Source: an uncultured delta proteobacterium
GTDB taxonomy: Bacteria > Myxococcota_A > Polyangia > Polyangiales > JAFGIB01
NCBI GenBank assembly: GCA_963778655.1
Contig: CAVZVA010000003.1
Location: forward strand, 480,001-544,000
Length of the DNA stretch: 64,000 bases
Direction of reading: 5' to 3'
Part shown: positions 20,381 to 30,192 of the stretch, piece after piece
Layout: each line of letters opens with the position of its first letter
Numbering within the stretch: the first letter of the stretch is position 1
Position numbers and translations under genes: made by a program
The notes under the pieces: generated by a model
Told to the model about the DNA's origin: nothing
What the model saw: only the letters and a program-made list of their open reading frames with translations
The model's database searches: none

Positions 20381-21394
20381 CTAGGCGATCGCGCTGCTGG
20401 CGGGGCTGGCGGCGGGCTCAGTGTTCAGGGTGGTGTTGATCGCGGCCTGTGCGGCGACCTTGGTCAGCCAGCCCGCGTACACGCCGAACACGATGGCGCG
20501 GTAGATCGCCCAGGAGATGACGTCGAGCCCAGGCGCCTTGGTCAGAAAGAAGAGAAGGCCGACGACGATCGCGAAAGCGAAGCCGCCCAAGAGCACGCTC
20601 AGGGACGCGGTCAGGACCGACTTCTTCGACGCAGCCGCAGGCGGGGCGACGCCCAGGAGGGTTTCGTTGCGCGCCTGCGACTTTGCGGCGCCGGCGAGCA
20701 GCCACGTCAGCAGCAGGAGCGCGATCACCGTATCGCCCACGATGTGCTTCGACGGCACGATCGCGCCCGCTTGCGCGAACGGGACCGGCGAGAGCGCGAA
20801 GGCCAGCGCGCCGTTGATGATCGTGTTGGCGATGCCGTGGGGCAAGGCGAAATGCCGCCACAAGTATTGATTGGGCGTGCCCACGAAGCCTCGCTGCTCG
20901 CGCGGCTTGCGGATCGTGCGCAGGAATGGCTGCCCAGAGACTACCCAGGTGACGCCCGCGCATAGCAGCGCGCCCGCAAGAGCGTAGCGCGCGGCAAAGA
21001 CGCCACGGGTCATGGTGTGGACGTCGGCATGCATCCCGAGGAAGTAGCCGATCACCGCGGGCACGAGGCCGAACACGAACGCGTTGACCGTGGCCAGGCG
21101 CCAGGGGTTCTCCGCGCCGGGTTGCGCGCTCGCGGCTTGCGTCGCCTCGGGCAGAATGATCCTGCCCTTGAGCACGCCTTTGGACATGCCCATCAGCACA
21201 CTGTGCGTGGCGAAGTACGGGATGAACAGGAGCGTGAGCGCACTGGCCGTCGCCATCTCGAGCGCCGACATGTGCTCGGTTCTGCCGCCGCCCGAAAACA
21301 AGGAGATCGGATACAGGAGCAAGAACCAAATCGCGCTGCTGGTGAGCGTCGTGACGACGCGCGCTCGTGCGTAGGGGGCCGGTGACAGGGTCAT
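20381..21394 (-). CDS. Hypothetical multi-pass membrane protein (about 8 TM, two similar halves)
   Basis: Eight hydrophobic stretches; AAGGA RBS upstream of ATG. Confidence 0.75.
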   Translation of the reverse strand: MTLSPAPYARARVVTTLTSSAIWFLLLYPISLFSGGGRTEHMSALEMATASALTLLFIPYFATHSVLMGMSKGVLKGRIILPEATQAASAQPGAENPWRLATVNAFVFGLVPAVIGYFLGMHADVHTMTRGVFAARYALAGALLCAGVTWVVSGQPFLRTIRKPREQRGFVGTPNQYLWRHFALPHGIANTIINGALAFALSPVPFAQAGAIVPSKHIVGDTVIALLLLTWLLAGAAKSQARNETLLGVAPPAAASKKSVLTASLSVLLGGFAFAIVVGLLFFLTKAPGLDVISWAIYRAIVFGVYAGWLTKVAAQAAINTTLNTEPAASPASSAIA

Positions 21395-21748
21395 GGGCGA
21401 TCCTTACAACAAACGGGGAAACGGGGACACCACCGCCTCGTGACGCACCCCGTTCAGGCGGCGGTGGCCTCGACCCGCAGCGCGACCGAGCCGCAAGGTC
21501 CGGACAAATGGGACAACTGTGGCTGGCCGCCGCGCACCCCCCGCGGGCGACTCGTCACATCTGCCATAGCCTGCCGGAATCAGAATCCGGTCTTTCTGCG
21601 CGGACAGTCGGCACCCCTGCTCTGGCCGCACCGACGCAAGCGCCCAAAGCGGCCCCGTTGGCTCATGCCTGGCTCGTGCCTGCCTCGCAGCTCGCCGGCT
21701 TCGGGCAGCGAGCGCAACCAGGCGCTGTCGCGGGCGTTGAGACCCGAG

Positions 21749-22826
21749 TCAGGCGCCGAGCCAGAACAGGATCACCGCGAGCATGGTGATGAGATCGAAC
21801 GCCACCACCACCCAGAGCCAGCGCCGGCCCGGACTGCGTACCCGGCGGTGCGTCTGCTCGGCGCCCACTTCTTCCAGCTCGTGCTCGCGGCCAAGCGCGA
21901 TCAGGCATTCACGGGTGGCGGCGTCCACATCGGGCGTGCGCGGTGCGCGTCTGAGGTAGCCGAGCGCCTCCTCGTGCTCGCCGAGGGCCGTAGTGCTCAC
22001 ACCGAGCAGGGCCCACACCTCGCGGAGCTGCTCTGGGCTCAGGTGGGCATCGGCGCGCATCTGGTGGCACAGCCGCGCAGCCTCGCGCGGATTGCCCTGC
22101 TGGAGCGCCGCCCACCCCTCCCGCAGCATGCCGCCGCCACGCGCGTGCGAGCCGTACACGGTGCCGGAGCTGACCTGCCCGCGCAGGGCGCTGACGTTCT
22201 GCCAGCCGAGCAGCAGCACGATGAGCATGTTCCAGCCGCTCGCGTAGCGCGCCAGGAACATCCACACCAGCACCGCGCCGATGAGGACAAGGCTCGTCAC
22301 GTGCGTGGCGCGGTCGGCGCTGCGCGCCGTGGGCAGCAGCTTCTGCATGCCGAGCCGGTAGAGCTGGCCACCGTCCAGCGGCCACAGGGGCAGCAAGTTC
22401 AAGACGCTCCAGCCCAGGTTGACGAAGAGCAGCGCCTGGATGCCCATTGCCAGCGCCTTGCCCGGGAAGAGCAGCACGGGGTTCCGTCCGACGCAGCGCG
22501 AACGCCGCGGCCAGCGTCAGCAGGCCGAACAGCAGCCCGGCCGCAGGGCCCGAAGCCACGATCAGCGCTTCGTCCTGGCGGCGCTCGGCGCGCTGGTGCG
22601 AGGTCAAGCCGCCGAAGCCGTGCAGCAGCACCTGCGGGCTCAATCCGTACGCGCGCGCCACCAGCGCGTGGCCGAGCTCGTGCACCAGCAGCCCCGCGGT
22701 GATGCAGGCGGCACGCAAAAGGCCGCTGCGAAGGTCGCCTCGACCGAACATGTACAGCACCAGCAGGTAGAATGGGCTGACCGATACGGGGATGCCGAAC
22801 GCACTGAACAGATAGAAGCCGCGCAC
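21749..22826 (-). pseudogene. Site-2 protease (M50) with C-terminal TPR and TM, split by a +1 frameshift near 22493 (possible assembly error)
   Basis: HELGH..HGFGG..ASGP in one frame, NLLPLWPLDGG in another; span is 3n+1. Confidence 0.8.
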
Positions 22827-22937
22827 GGCGGGATCCTAGATCAGCGGTGACGATCATGGAACGACCTTGCATCGCGCGGGACCGCCGACCCGCCGTGAGG
22901 GCTGCAATGCGGGCGTTCGCGCGCGTTTGGCTCGCTA

Positions 22938-25900
22938 TCAGCCGTTGCGGTAGCGGACGGCGGTTTCGCTTGCCCACAGCTGCAGCAGGTCGGACGCCAC
23001 CGGATCGCGCTCGAGCGGGCGCTCGTCGAGCGCGCGTAGCAGCTCGAGCGCGCCCGGCAGATCGTCACACAGCAGCAGCGCGGCGCGTGCCGCGACGAGC
23101 TTCACGCCATCACAGAACTGCACCAGGTCTTGCTCGCCTTGCTCCGCCAGCGCCGCGGCGGCCTCGTCGACCTTCTTGCGCGACAACCACGGCACAGCCT
23201 TGGTGATCGCGCGCGAGGCTTCGTCGAGCGCGTCCGTGCTCGCGATGCCCGCGCCGTAGCTCGGCTGCTGGCGCCGCACCGTACCGGCCAACAGCACGGC
23301 GAGCTCGCGCGCGGGCAACGCCGCGACGGCGGACAGCTCGAAGCGCAGGCAGAACAACGGCTGCGCGAGCGCGAAGACCAGCTGCGACTTGGGCTTGCCG
23401 AGCAGGCTGCGCGGTACGAGTAGAGCCGACGGCTCGCCGAGTCCGAGCTCGACAGCAGCGCCGCTCTGGTCGTGCACGTAGAGCTCGCAGTCAGGCGCGC
23501 CGAGCATGCGCGCGACGCGGTCGGCTGCGAGCCGCACCGTCTCACTCGAGTCTTCGGGCAGGCGATCGCGGCGGGTCAGCCCGTAACTGGCCAGCTCCAG
23601 CGGCTGCAGCTTGGCCACGACCGGCGCCAGTGTCTGCACCAGCAGCGCGGCGGGCGTCTGCAACAGGCCGTGCGGATCGAGCTCGGCGACGAGCGTGTCG
23701 TCGAACAGCCCCGGCCCGCCCGCGGGCCGCGCCTTGCGCGCCCGCAGCGATACGCGCTGCTCGCCCGCGGCCGTGTCCAGCGCGAGCAGCGGCAGCGCGC
23801 TGCTCAGACCTTCGGCGCTGCGGCCGGCCGCGAGATGCGCGTCGGACAGCGCCTGCCACAGCTCGGGACGGAATGGCGAGAGCGCGAGCTGCGCGCGTAC
23901 ACGGGCGATCGCCGCGTCGGGATTGCCAGCTTGCGTGAGCCTTGTGGCGTGCTCGACACACAGCGCGACGTCCTGCGGGTACGCGCGCGCGCCGCGCTCC
24001 AGCACTGCGAGCGCCTGTGTCCGATCGCCGAGATCGTCGGCCCAGCTGCGAGCGATCGCGAGCAAGGTGCGCGCGCCGTCCTCGCCACCCTTGGGTTGGG
24101 ACGAAAGGTGCTGTTGCAGCGCGTCGACGTAGCGGGCGTGAGTGGCGTGGCGGCCCAGCCGCTCGCGGTACGCGCGCTCGGCCACGCTATCGGTTCCCGC
24201 GAGCGCCAGCGCTTCCCACAGCGCCTGCTCGGCGCGCTCCGGATGGCCTTCACGCTCTTCGGCACGCGCGAGCTCGAGCAGGCATCGTACGCGCTCGGTG
24301 TCGTCGGGCGCGGTCTCGACCAGCTTGCGCAGCAGCGCGAGCGATTCTCCGTGCTTGCCGCCGGCGGCGAGCAATTTCGCCTGCAGTGTGAGCGCATTGC
24401 GGTTCTCGGGCTCGGCCGATAACACCGCGCGCAGCTGCTGGTGCGCGCGCGCGGCGTCGTGCAGGCGCTCGACCACGATGGTTGCGGCCGCGAGCAGCGC
24501 CGCCGCACGCTCGATTGGATCACGACCGAGGCTGGCGCAGCGCTCGTGGGCTTGTGCCGCTTGCTCCCAGCGCCCCAGCCCTTCCAGATGGCGGGCGAGC
24601 TCGAGCAGGGCAGGCACGTGCTCGGGCTTGCTCGCGAGCGCGCGCTCCGCGGCCGACACGGCGGCCGGCAGATTGTGGAGGTGCTCGGCGCGCAGTCGCG
24701 CGACCTGGGTGTAGAGGTCCGCGCGACGTCCGGCGTCTTGGGTGGCCTCGGCCGCGTGGGCCAGCGCGTCTGCGAGCTGCGCTTCCTGGCCGGCCTTGGT
24801 CAGCGCGAAGGAGAGCGTTTCCGCCGACCGCTTCGACCCCGGATCGAGCTCGAGCGCATGCAGCGCATCCTTGGCGGCGCCGCCGAAATCTGCACTGCGC
24901 GCGCGCAACTCGGCAGCGTGCAGTAACAGCTCCACGCTGATCCCGATGTCGCGGGTCACACGCGCCTCGGAACGCGCCGCGTCAGTCAGAGCCTGCGGCA
25001 GCGCGAAGGCCACCGCGGCGCGCGACAGCCCGCGCGCGGCGAGCAGGCTCTCCGGGTCGAGCGCAAACGCGGTGCGATATGCCGGCAGCGCTTGGGTGGC
25101 GTCCCGCGCTTCGATTCGTGCCGCGATCGCCAGGTGATGCGTCGCGGCGACCTCGCGATCGCCTTCCGCCTGCGCCAGCCGCGCTTCCAGTGCGAGCTCG
25201 GCCGCGCCGTCGTTTGCAGCGCGCGCGCGCTCGGCCAGCGCGCGCAGCGCCTCGATGTCGTCGCCGCGCAGCGCACACAGCTCGCGGTAGGCTGCGGCGG
25301 CTTCGTCGGGCGAGGGGAGCACAGCGGCGAGATCGCGCAGGGCCGCGACCTTGAGCCGCTCGTCCGCTGTGCTGGCGGCCTGTGCCGCGTAGCTCGTGCG
25401 CAGCTCTTTGTGATCGCGCTGTGCGACACCGAGCGCTTCGACCGCGAGCAGCGCCGAAACGTGATGCGGTGCGCGCGCGAGCAACTCTGCGTAGGTCGCG
25501 AGCGCAGTTCTTGCGTCCCCGAGGGTTTCGGCTTCCAGCACGGCCGCGCGTTCGAGGGCCGCGATCGACAGCCGCGGCTCGAGACTTTGGGCGACTTCGT
25601 CGTGCAGCGCCTTGGTCAGCCGTTTCCAGTCTTTGCTCTCCCAGAGCAGGCGCGCGCGCGCATCGAGGGCCAGGCGGGAGCCCGGCTGTGCCTGCAGCGC
25701 GCACTCGTAAGCCTCGAGCGCGCGTGCCGGATCGTTCAGCCGTTGCTCGCACAGGCGCCCGAGCTCGCAGTAGAGCTGCGCGCGCTCAGGCGCTTCGGCC
25801 ACGACCTTGGCCCGCGCTTGCAGTGCCGCGCCGAGCTCGCCCCAGCGCCCGCTCGCGCGCAATGCGCCGCTCAATGCCGCAAACGCGGCCGCGTGCGTGG

Positions 25901-28391
25901 GCTGCGCGGCGAGCGCGCGGTTGTACGCCTCTACCGCGTCCGGCAGCCGGCCGAGCCGTCGCTCGTAGAGCTGCCCGATCTCGAGCGCGAGCTCCACGCC
26001 TGCTTCCCGGCTCGCGCCGCGTTCGAGCGCGCGCGAGAGCAGGGCGATCAGGCCTTCCCAGCGCTCCTCGCTGCGGTAGAGCGCGCGCAGGCGCGCGTTC
26101 GCGAGGGGGTGCTCGGGGTGCTGTGCGAGCAGCTGCTCGAGCTCCACGATTGCCGCCTTCGTATCGCCGAGCCGTTCAGCCAGCAGCTCGGCGGCCCGGA
26201 CCCGCAGGTCGGCGGCGCGCGCCGGAGAGGCGACCAGCGTGGCCTCGCGCCGCAACGCGGACAGCGCCTGTGCGTGCTCGCCCGCCCGCAGCGCCGCGCG
26301 CTGCAGCGCGTGCAGGGCGCCGAGGTGGTCGGGGCAGAGCCGCAGCACACGCGCGTAGGCGGCCAGCGCGGCCTTCGGCTCGTCCAGGCGATCCTCGTAC
26401 AGCGCGCCGATCCGGAACAGGTACACGGTCGCCTGCTCCCGATCGCCGAGCTTGTCGATCATCTGCTCGTAGGCCAGCGCGAGCTCCTGAAAGCGTCCGA
26501 GCGCGGGCAGCAGGCGATCGAGCCCGCGCAGCGCGGGGTCGTGATCGGGCTGCATCCCGAGCGCGCGCGCGTAGTGCGCGGCCGCCTGCTCGGGGTCGTT
26601 CAGCTCGACTTCCCACAGCGCTCCCATGCGCACCAACAGCTCGGCTTTCGACGATGTGTCGGTGTGCGTCTCGAGCTCGCGCGCATAGACGTCGAGCAGG
26701 CCGTGGTGATCCGCACGGCGGTCGTAGAGCGCGGCCAGCGCCTGAAGCGCCGCGCGCTGCCCGGGCTCGGCGGCCAGGGCGTCGAGGTAGTAGCTTTCGG
26801 CGCGCTCGGAATCTGCGAGCGGGCCTTCGGCGAGCTCGGCCATGCGGATGCAGAGCGCCGCGCGCTCTGCGCCGCCCTGGGCGAGCGCGCGCAGCCGTTC
26901 GAGCACGGCGAGCTGTTGTGCGTGCGCGCCCTGCTGCGCGTGCAACTCGCTGGCGCGCTCGAGCAGCGAGCGATCGTCGGGCCGCTCGGTGCTGGCCAGC
27001 TGCAGCGCGGCGCTGGCGCGTTCGAGGTCACCGAGCTGCTCGCCGAGCAGCTCGGCCATGCGGCTGCCCGCGTCCGCGCGCACATTGGGATCGCCGGAGC
27101 GCAGCGCCTCCTGCTCGTACACGCGCAGCAGCTGCTCCCAATGGCCCTGCGCGTGGCCGAGACGTTTGATCGCCTCGGTCGCCCCGCCAACGTCCGGGTC
27201 GATCGCCAGCGCCGCGACGTAGAGCTCCAGCGCACGCGCCGGATCGGCGTTGCGCACGTCCGCGAGCCGCGCGCGCTCGGCGATCACCGCTGCCTTCCAG
27301 GCCGGGTCCTGCTCGATGGCTTGCGCCAGCTGCGCGAGCGTCGCGTCGAGCGCGTCCCAGCATTGGGCGCGGCGCTCGCAGCGTACGGCCGCGCGTAGCA
27401 GGTCGAGATCGTGCGCGTCGAGCGCGAGACCTTCGCGATAGGCGCTGAGCGCCTCGTCGCCGCGCGCCAGGCGTTCGAGCACGCGGCCCTTCTCGTAGAG
27501 TAAACGCGCGCGCGGCGCGGGCGAGGCATGGAGGCGCTGCTCGGCGTCGAACAGCGGCAGGGCCTCGGCATGACGTCCGAGCGCGCACAGCGCTCGGCGC
27601 GCAGCCTGGAGCGACGGCAGATGGTCGGGGCGTAACTGGGCGGCTTTGCAGTAGTGCTCGACGGCGCGCGCGGGCTTGAGCTCGCCGCGCTCGAGCAGCA
27701 CGCCCAGGTCGTAGTGCAGGCGCGCCGCGCGCAACGGCTCGGGAGCGCGGCTGAGCTCTTCGCGCATCCGCTGGGCGAGCGCGTCTACGCCGAGCTCGAG
27801 CGCGCCCACCATGGCCGCTGGGCGTTGGGGGCTGGCCGCCGCAGTGGGCTGCGCCGGCTTGGCCGGCGCGGCTGCCGGCGCAGGCGACGAGCCGCGGCGT
27901 GGAGGTCTGGACCGGCTCGAGCGCGCTGCGCTCTTCGGCGCTGCCGCGGGCGAGGCCGGCGGGGAGACGCGGCGCTGTGAGCTGGGGCGGCTCGAGCGCG
28001 CCGCGCTCTCGGGCAAAGCCGGAGGAGTGGCCGGCAGCGAGATGCGAGGGGGCGGGCTCGGGCCGCTCGCGCGCGCCGCGCTCGCGGGCAGCGCCGGAGG
28101 AGTAGCCGGCAGCGAGATGCGAGGGGGCGGGTTCGGGCCGCTCGCGCGCGCCGCGCGCTTGGGCGCGACCGCAGGCGTGGCCGGCAGCGAGGTGCGTCGC
28201 TGCGGGCTCGGTCGACTGGTGCGCTGCGCTGGAGCGCGCGCCGCAGCCGGCGGGGGTGGAGGCCCCGCTGCACGGCTCACCCGGGCCGGTGCGTCCGCGG
28301 GGTTGGGCTCGGCCTCACCCAGCTCGTCGAGGACGAGCTCGGTCGTGCGCTCTCGCTGGCGCTGATCGGACACCATTCTCAGCATAGACAA
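22938..28391 (-). CDS. Giant TPR-repeat protein (1817 aa; myxobacterial AgmK-like architecture)
   Basis: Dozens of TPR-like units (e.g. YLFRIGALYEDRLDEPKAALAAYARVLRLCPDHLGAL), Pro-rich N-terminus, globular C-terminal domain. Confidence 0.85.
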   Translation of the reverse strand: MSMLRMVSDQRQRERTTELVLDELGEAEPNPADAPARVSRAAGPPPPPAAARAPAQRTSRPSPQRRTSLPATPAVAPKRAARASGPNPPPRISLPATPPALPASAARASGPSPPPRISLPATPPALPESAARSSRPSSQRRVSPPASPAAAPKSAARSSRSRPPRRGSSPAPAAAPAKPAQPTAAASPQRPAAMVGALELGVDALAQRMREELSRAPEPLRAARLHYDLGVLLERGELKPARAVEHYCKAAQLRPDHLPSLQAARRALCALGRHAEALPLFDAEQRLHASPAPRARLLYEKGRVLERLARGDEALSAYREGLALDAHDLDLLRAAVRCERRAQCWDALDATLAQLAQAIEQDPAWKAAVIAERARLADVRNADPARALELYVAALAIDPDVGGATEAIKRLGHAQGHWEQLLRVYEQEALRSGDPNVRADAGSRMAELLGEQLGDLERASAALQLASTERPDDRSLLERASELHAQQGAHAQQLAVLERLRALAQGGAERAALCIRMAELAEGPLADSERAESYYLDALAAEPGQRAALQALAALYDRRADHHGLLDVYARELETHTDTSSKAELLVRMGALWEVELNDPEQAAAHYARALGMQPDHDPALRGLDRLLPALGRFQELALAYEQMIDKLGDREQATVYLFRIGALYEDRLDEPKAALAAYARVLRLCPDHLGALHALQRAALRAGEHAQALSALRREATLVASPARAADLRVRAAELLAERLGDTKAAIVELEQLLAQHPEHPLANARLRALYRSEERWEGLIALLSRALERGASREAGVELALEIGQLYERRLGRLPDAVEAYNRALAAQPTHAAAFAALSGALRASGRWGELGAALQARAKVVAEAPERAQLYCELGRLCEQRLNDPARALEAYECALQAQPGSRLALDARARLLWESKDWKRLTKALHDEVAQSLEPRLSIAALERAAVLEAETLGDARTALATYAELLARAPHHVSALLAVEALGVAQRDHKELRTSYAAQAASTADERLKVAALRDLAAVLPSPDEAAAAYRELCALRGDDIEALRALAERARAANDGAAELALEARLAQAEGDREVAATHHLAIAARIEARDATQALPAYRTAFALDPESLLAARGLSRAAVAFALPQALTDAARSEARVTRDIGISVELLLHAAELRARSADFGGAAKDALHALELDPGSKRSAETLSFALTKAGQEAQLADALAHAAEATQDAGRRADLYTQVARLRAEHLHNLPAAVSAAERALASKPEHVPALLELARHLEGLGRWEQAAQAHERCASLGRDPIERAAALLAAATIVVERLHDAARAHQQLRAVLSAEPENRNALTLQAKLLAAGGKHGESLALLRKLVETAPDDTERVRCLLELARAEEREGHPERAEQALWEALALAGTDSVAERAYRERLGRHATHARYVDALQQHLSSQPKGGEDGARTLLAIARSWADDLGDRTQALAVLERGARAYPQDVALCVEHATRLTQAGNPDAAIARVRAQLALSPFRPELWQALSDAHLAAGRSAEGLSSALPLLALDTAAGEQRVSLRARKARPAGGPGLFDDTLVAELDPHGLLQTPAALLVQTLAPVVAKLQPLELASYGLTRRDRLPEDSSETVRLAADRVARMLGAPDCELYVHDQSGAAVELGLGEPSALLVPRSLLGKPKSQLVFALAQPLFCLRFELSAVAALPARELAVLLAGTVRRQQPSYGAGIASTDALDEASRAITKAVPWLSRKKVDEAAAALAEQGEQDLVQFCDGVKLVAARAALLLCDDLPGALELLRALDERPLERDPVASDLLQLWASETAVRYRNG
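27849..28223 (-). repeat. Five tandem 75-bp (25-aa) intragenic repeats
   Basis: RTSRPSPQRRTSLPATPAVAPKRAA / RASGPNPPPRISLPATPPALPASAA / RASGPSPPPRISLPATPPALPESAA / RSSRPSSQRRVSPPASPAAAPKSAA / RSSRSRPPRRGSSPAPAAAPAKPAQ. Confidence 0.85.
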
Positions 28392-28550
28392 TGTCGAGCG
28401 TGAGCAGAACGTGGGTTCGCCGCGCGCTCGCGCCCACAGAACCGCCAGCGGGGACGCGCCACCGAACCCTGCCCGTTCGATGCGCTCATTCAGCGGGGCG
28501 CACGTGTAGGTGGGGCGGCGTTATGGCATGGGACGAGCTGTGCAGGCGCC

Positions 28551-28790
28551 GGATACAGCGCTGGTTTCTCGCTCATCTTCGCCGCGGTCAACATGGTCAA
28601 CGCGCGACTTGCGGCCAAGACCCACAGCCGCGCTTGGATTTCATGACTCGCCGCTGCGGCGTGCATCGGCGCCCTCGCGATCCCGGTGGCGCATGTGCTC
28701 GAAACACACCCCGCGAAAGTCGCTGCCCTGCTCGTCACGCTCGCGCTGTCGGGTCGCGGTCGAAGTGGCCTACCGACGTTGGCGCGGTCG
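28551..28790 (+). pseudogene. 3' remnant of an APC-family amino-acid permease
   Basis: Translated by hand: GYSAGFSLIFAAVNMVNARLAAKTHSRAWIS*LAAAACIGALA..LLVTLALS, frameshift, VAVEVAYRRW; in-frame TGA at 28644. Confidence 0.55.
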
Positions 28791-28977
28791 CGGCGTCGAG
28801 GTCGGGCGAAGCTCGGTTTGGAGCAGCCTTGAGTACGAGCACCTCACGAGCCACCGCGGGCTTCGCGTTCGCGGGCTCGGGGGTCGCCGGCGAGCCTGGC
28901 GCGCGGCGGGCGCGTCCACCAGCAGCGGAGGGCTGCTGCCGAGCGAGGCGTTGTCCGCTACATTGCGGGCCTGACCG

Positions 28978-30186
28978 ATGCCGGGCTCGAACCTCAGGTG
29001 GCGCGTGCTGATCGTTTGCGCGGCGGTCGCCGTCGTCGGTGGCGCGCTGTACCTGTATCGGCGCGAGCTACGGGTGCCGGCCGCACGCGTCGCGCGCCGC
29101 GACGTGGTGCAGACCGTGCTGGGCAGCGGCCGTGTGGTCATGGCCGGCGACGTGGAGCTGCGCGTCAAGGGCGCCGGCAGGGTCAGCGAGGTACTGGTCA
29201 AAGAGGGGCAGCACGTGGCCAAGGGCGAGGCACTGGTGAAGCTCGACGCCGCCGACGAGCGCGCAGCGCTCGAGGAAGCGCAGGCGACCGTCGCGCGCTC
29301 GCTCGCCGACCTGCGCGCGCTGCGCTCGAAGGCGACCCCGCTGGCACGAAGCTCGCTGCAGCGGGCGGCGCTCGACGTGCAGTACGCGCAAGACGAGCTC
29401 GCGCGCACACAGAAGCTGTTCGCGGCAGGCGCGCAGAGCTCGCAGCAGCTCGTGCAGGCGCGCACCACCCTAGCCCTCGCGCGGACGCGCCGCGATACGG
29501 CGCAGCTCGAGCTGGCGAGCACCTTGCCCGAGGGCGCCGATCGCGAGCTCGCGGTCGCGGCGCTGGGGCAGGCGCAGGCGGCGCTGGACCGTGCGCAGGT
29601 TGGGCTTGCCGACGCGGCGCTCTCGGCGCCGAGCGCGGGCACGGTGGTCGAGCTCGGCGTCGATCCGGGGGATTCGGTGCAACCCGGACAGTTGCTCGTG
29701 CGCATGGTGGCCGACGGGCCGGTGCGGCTGGAGCTCGAGCCCGACGAGCGCAACCTTGCGCTGCTGCGGGTCGGACAGCACGCGCGCGCGTCGGCCGAGG
29801 CCTTTCCGGACCAGAGCTTCGACGCGCGTCTCAGTTACATCGCCAAGGCCGTCGACCCGACCCGTGGCACGATCCGCGTGCGCTTCGACGTGCCGGCACC
29901 GCCCGACTATCTGCGCGCGGACATGACGGTATCGGTCGAAATCACCGTCGCCAAGTTGCCCCGGGCGCTGGTGGTGCCGGTCGTCGCAGTGCGCGAGCTC
30001 GCGACCAAGCGGCCCTGGGTGCTGGTGGTGTACCGTGGCCGTGCGCTGCGCCGCGACATCGCGATCGGGGTGCGCGACGAGGCGCTGGTGCAGGTCGTCT
30101 CCGGCCTGCGCGAGGGCGAGTGGGTGCTGCTCGACCCCGCGCTCGCGCCGGGCGCGCGCGTGCGCCCCATGGCCGAGGAGCACTGA
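28978..30186 (+). CDS. Periplasmic adaptor (MFP/HlyD/MacA family)
   Basis: N-terminal TM, GRVSEVLVKEGQHVAKGEAL lipoyl half-motif, coiled coil, LSAPSAGTV, VDPTRGT, YLRADMTVSVEI. Confidence 0.9.
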   Translation: MPGSNLRWRVLIVCAAVAVVGGALYLYRRELRVPAARVARRDVVQTVLGSGRVVMAGDVELRVKGAGRVSEVLVKEGQHVAKGEALVKLDAADERAALEEAQATVARSLADLRALRSKATPLARSSLQRAALDVQYAQDELARTQKLFAAGAQSSQQLVQARTTLALARTRRDTAQLELASTLPEGADRELAVAALGQAQAALDRAQVGLADAALSAPSAGTVVELGVDPGDSVQPGQLLVRMVADGPVRLELEPDERNLALLRVGQHARASAEAFPDQSFDARLSYIAKAVDPTRGTIRVRFDVPAPPDYLRADMTVSVEITVAKLPRALVVPVVAVRELATKRPWVLVVYRGRALRRDIAIGVRDEALVQVVSGLREGEWVLLDPALAPGARVRPMAEEH

Positions 30187-30192
30187 AGCGCA

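Noticed and set aside
22485..22500. Programmed ribosomal frameshifting here and at 45547
   Set aside because: No X XXY YYZ slippery site; three unrelated single-base indels in the window favour assembly error
27849..28223. Possible CRISPR array
   Set aside because: Repeats are in-frame coding units without unique spacers; no cas genes in the window
28644..28646. In-frame TGA as selenocysteine or recoding
   Set aside because: Falls at a likely Trp position in a 5'-truncated, frameshifted remnant; other genes use TGA as a normal stop
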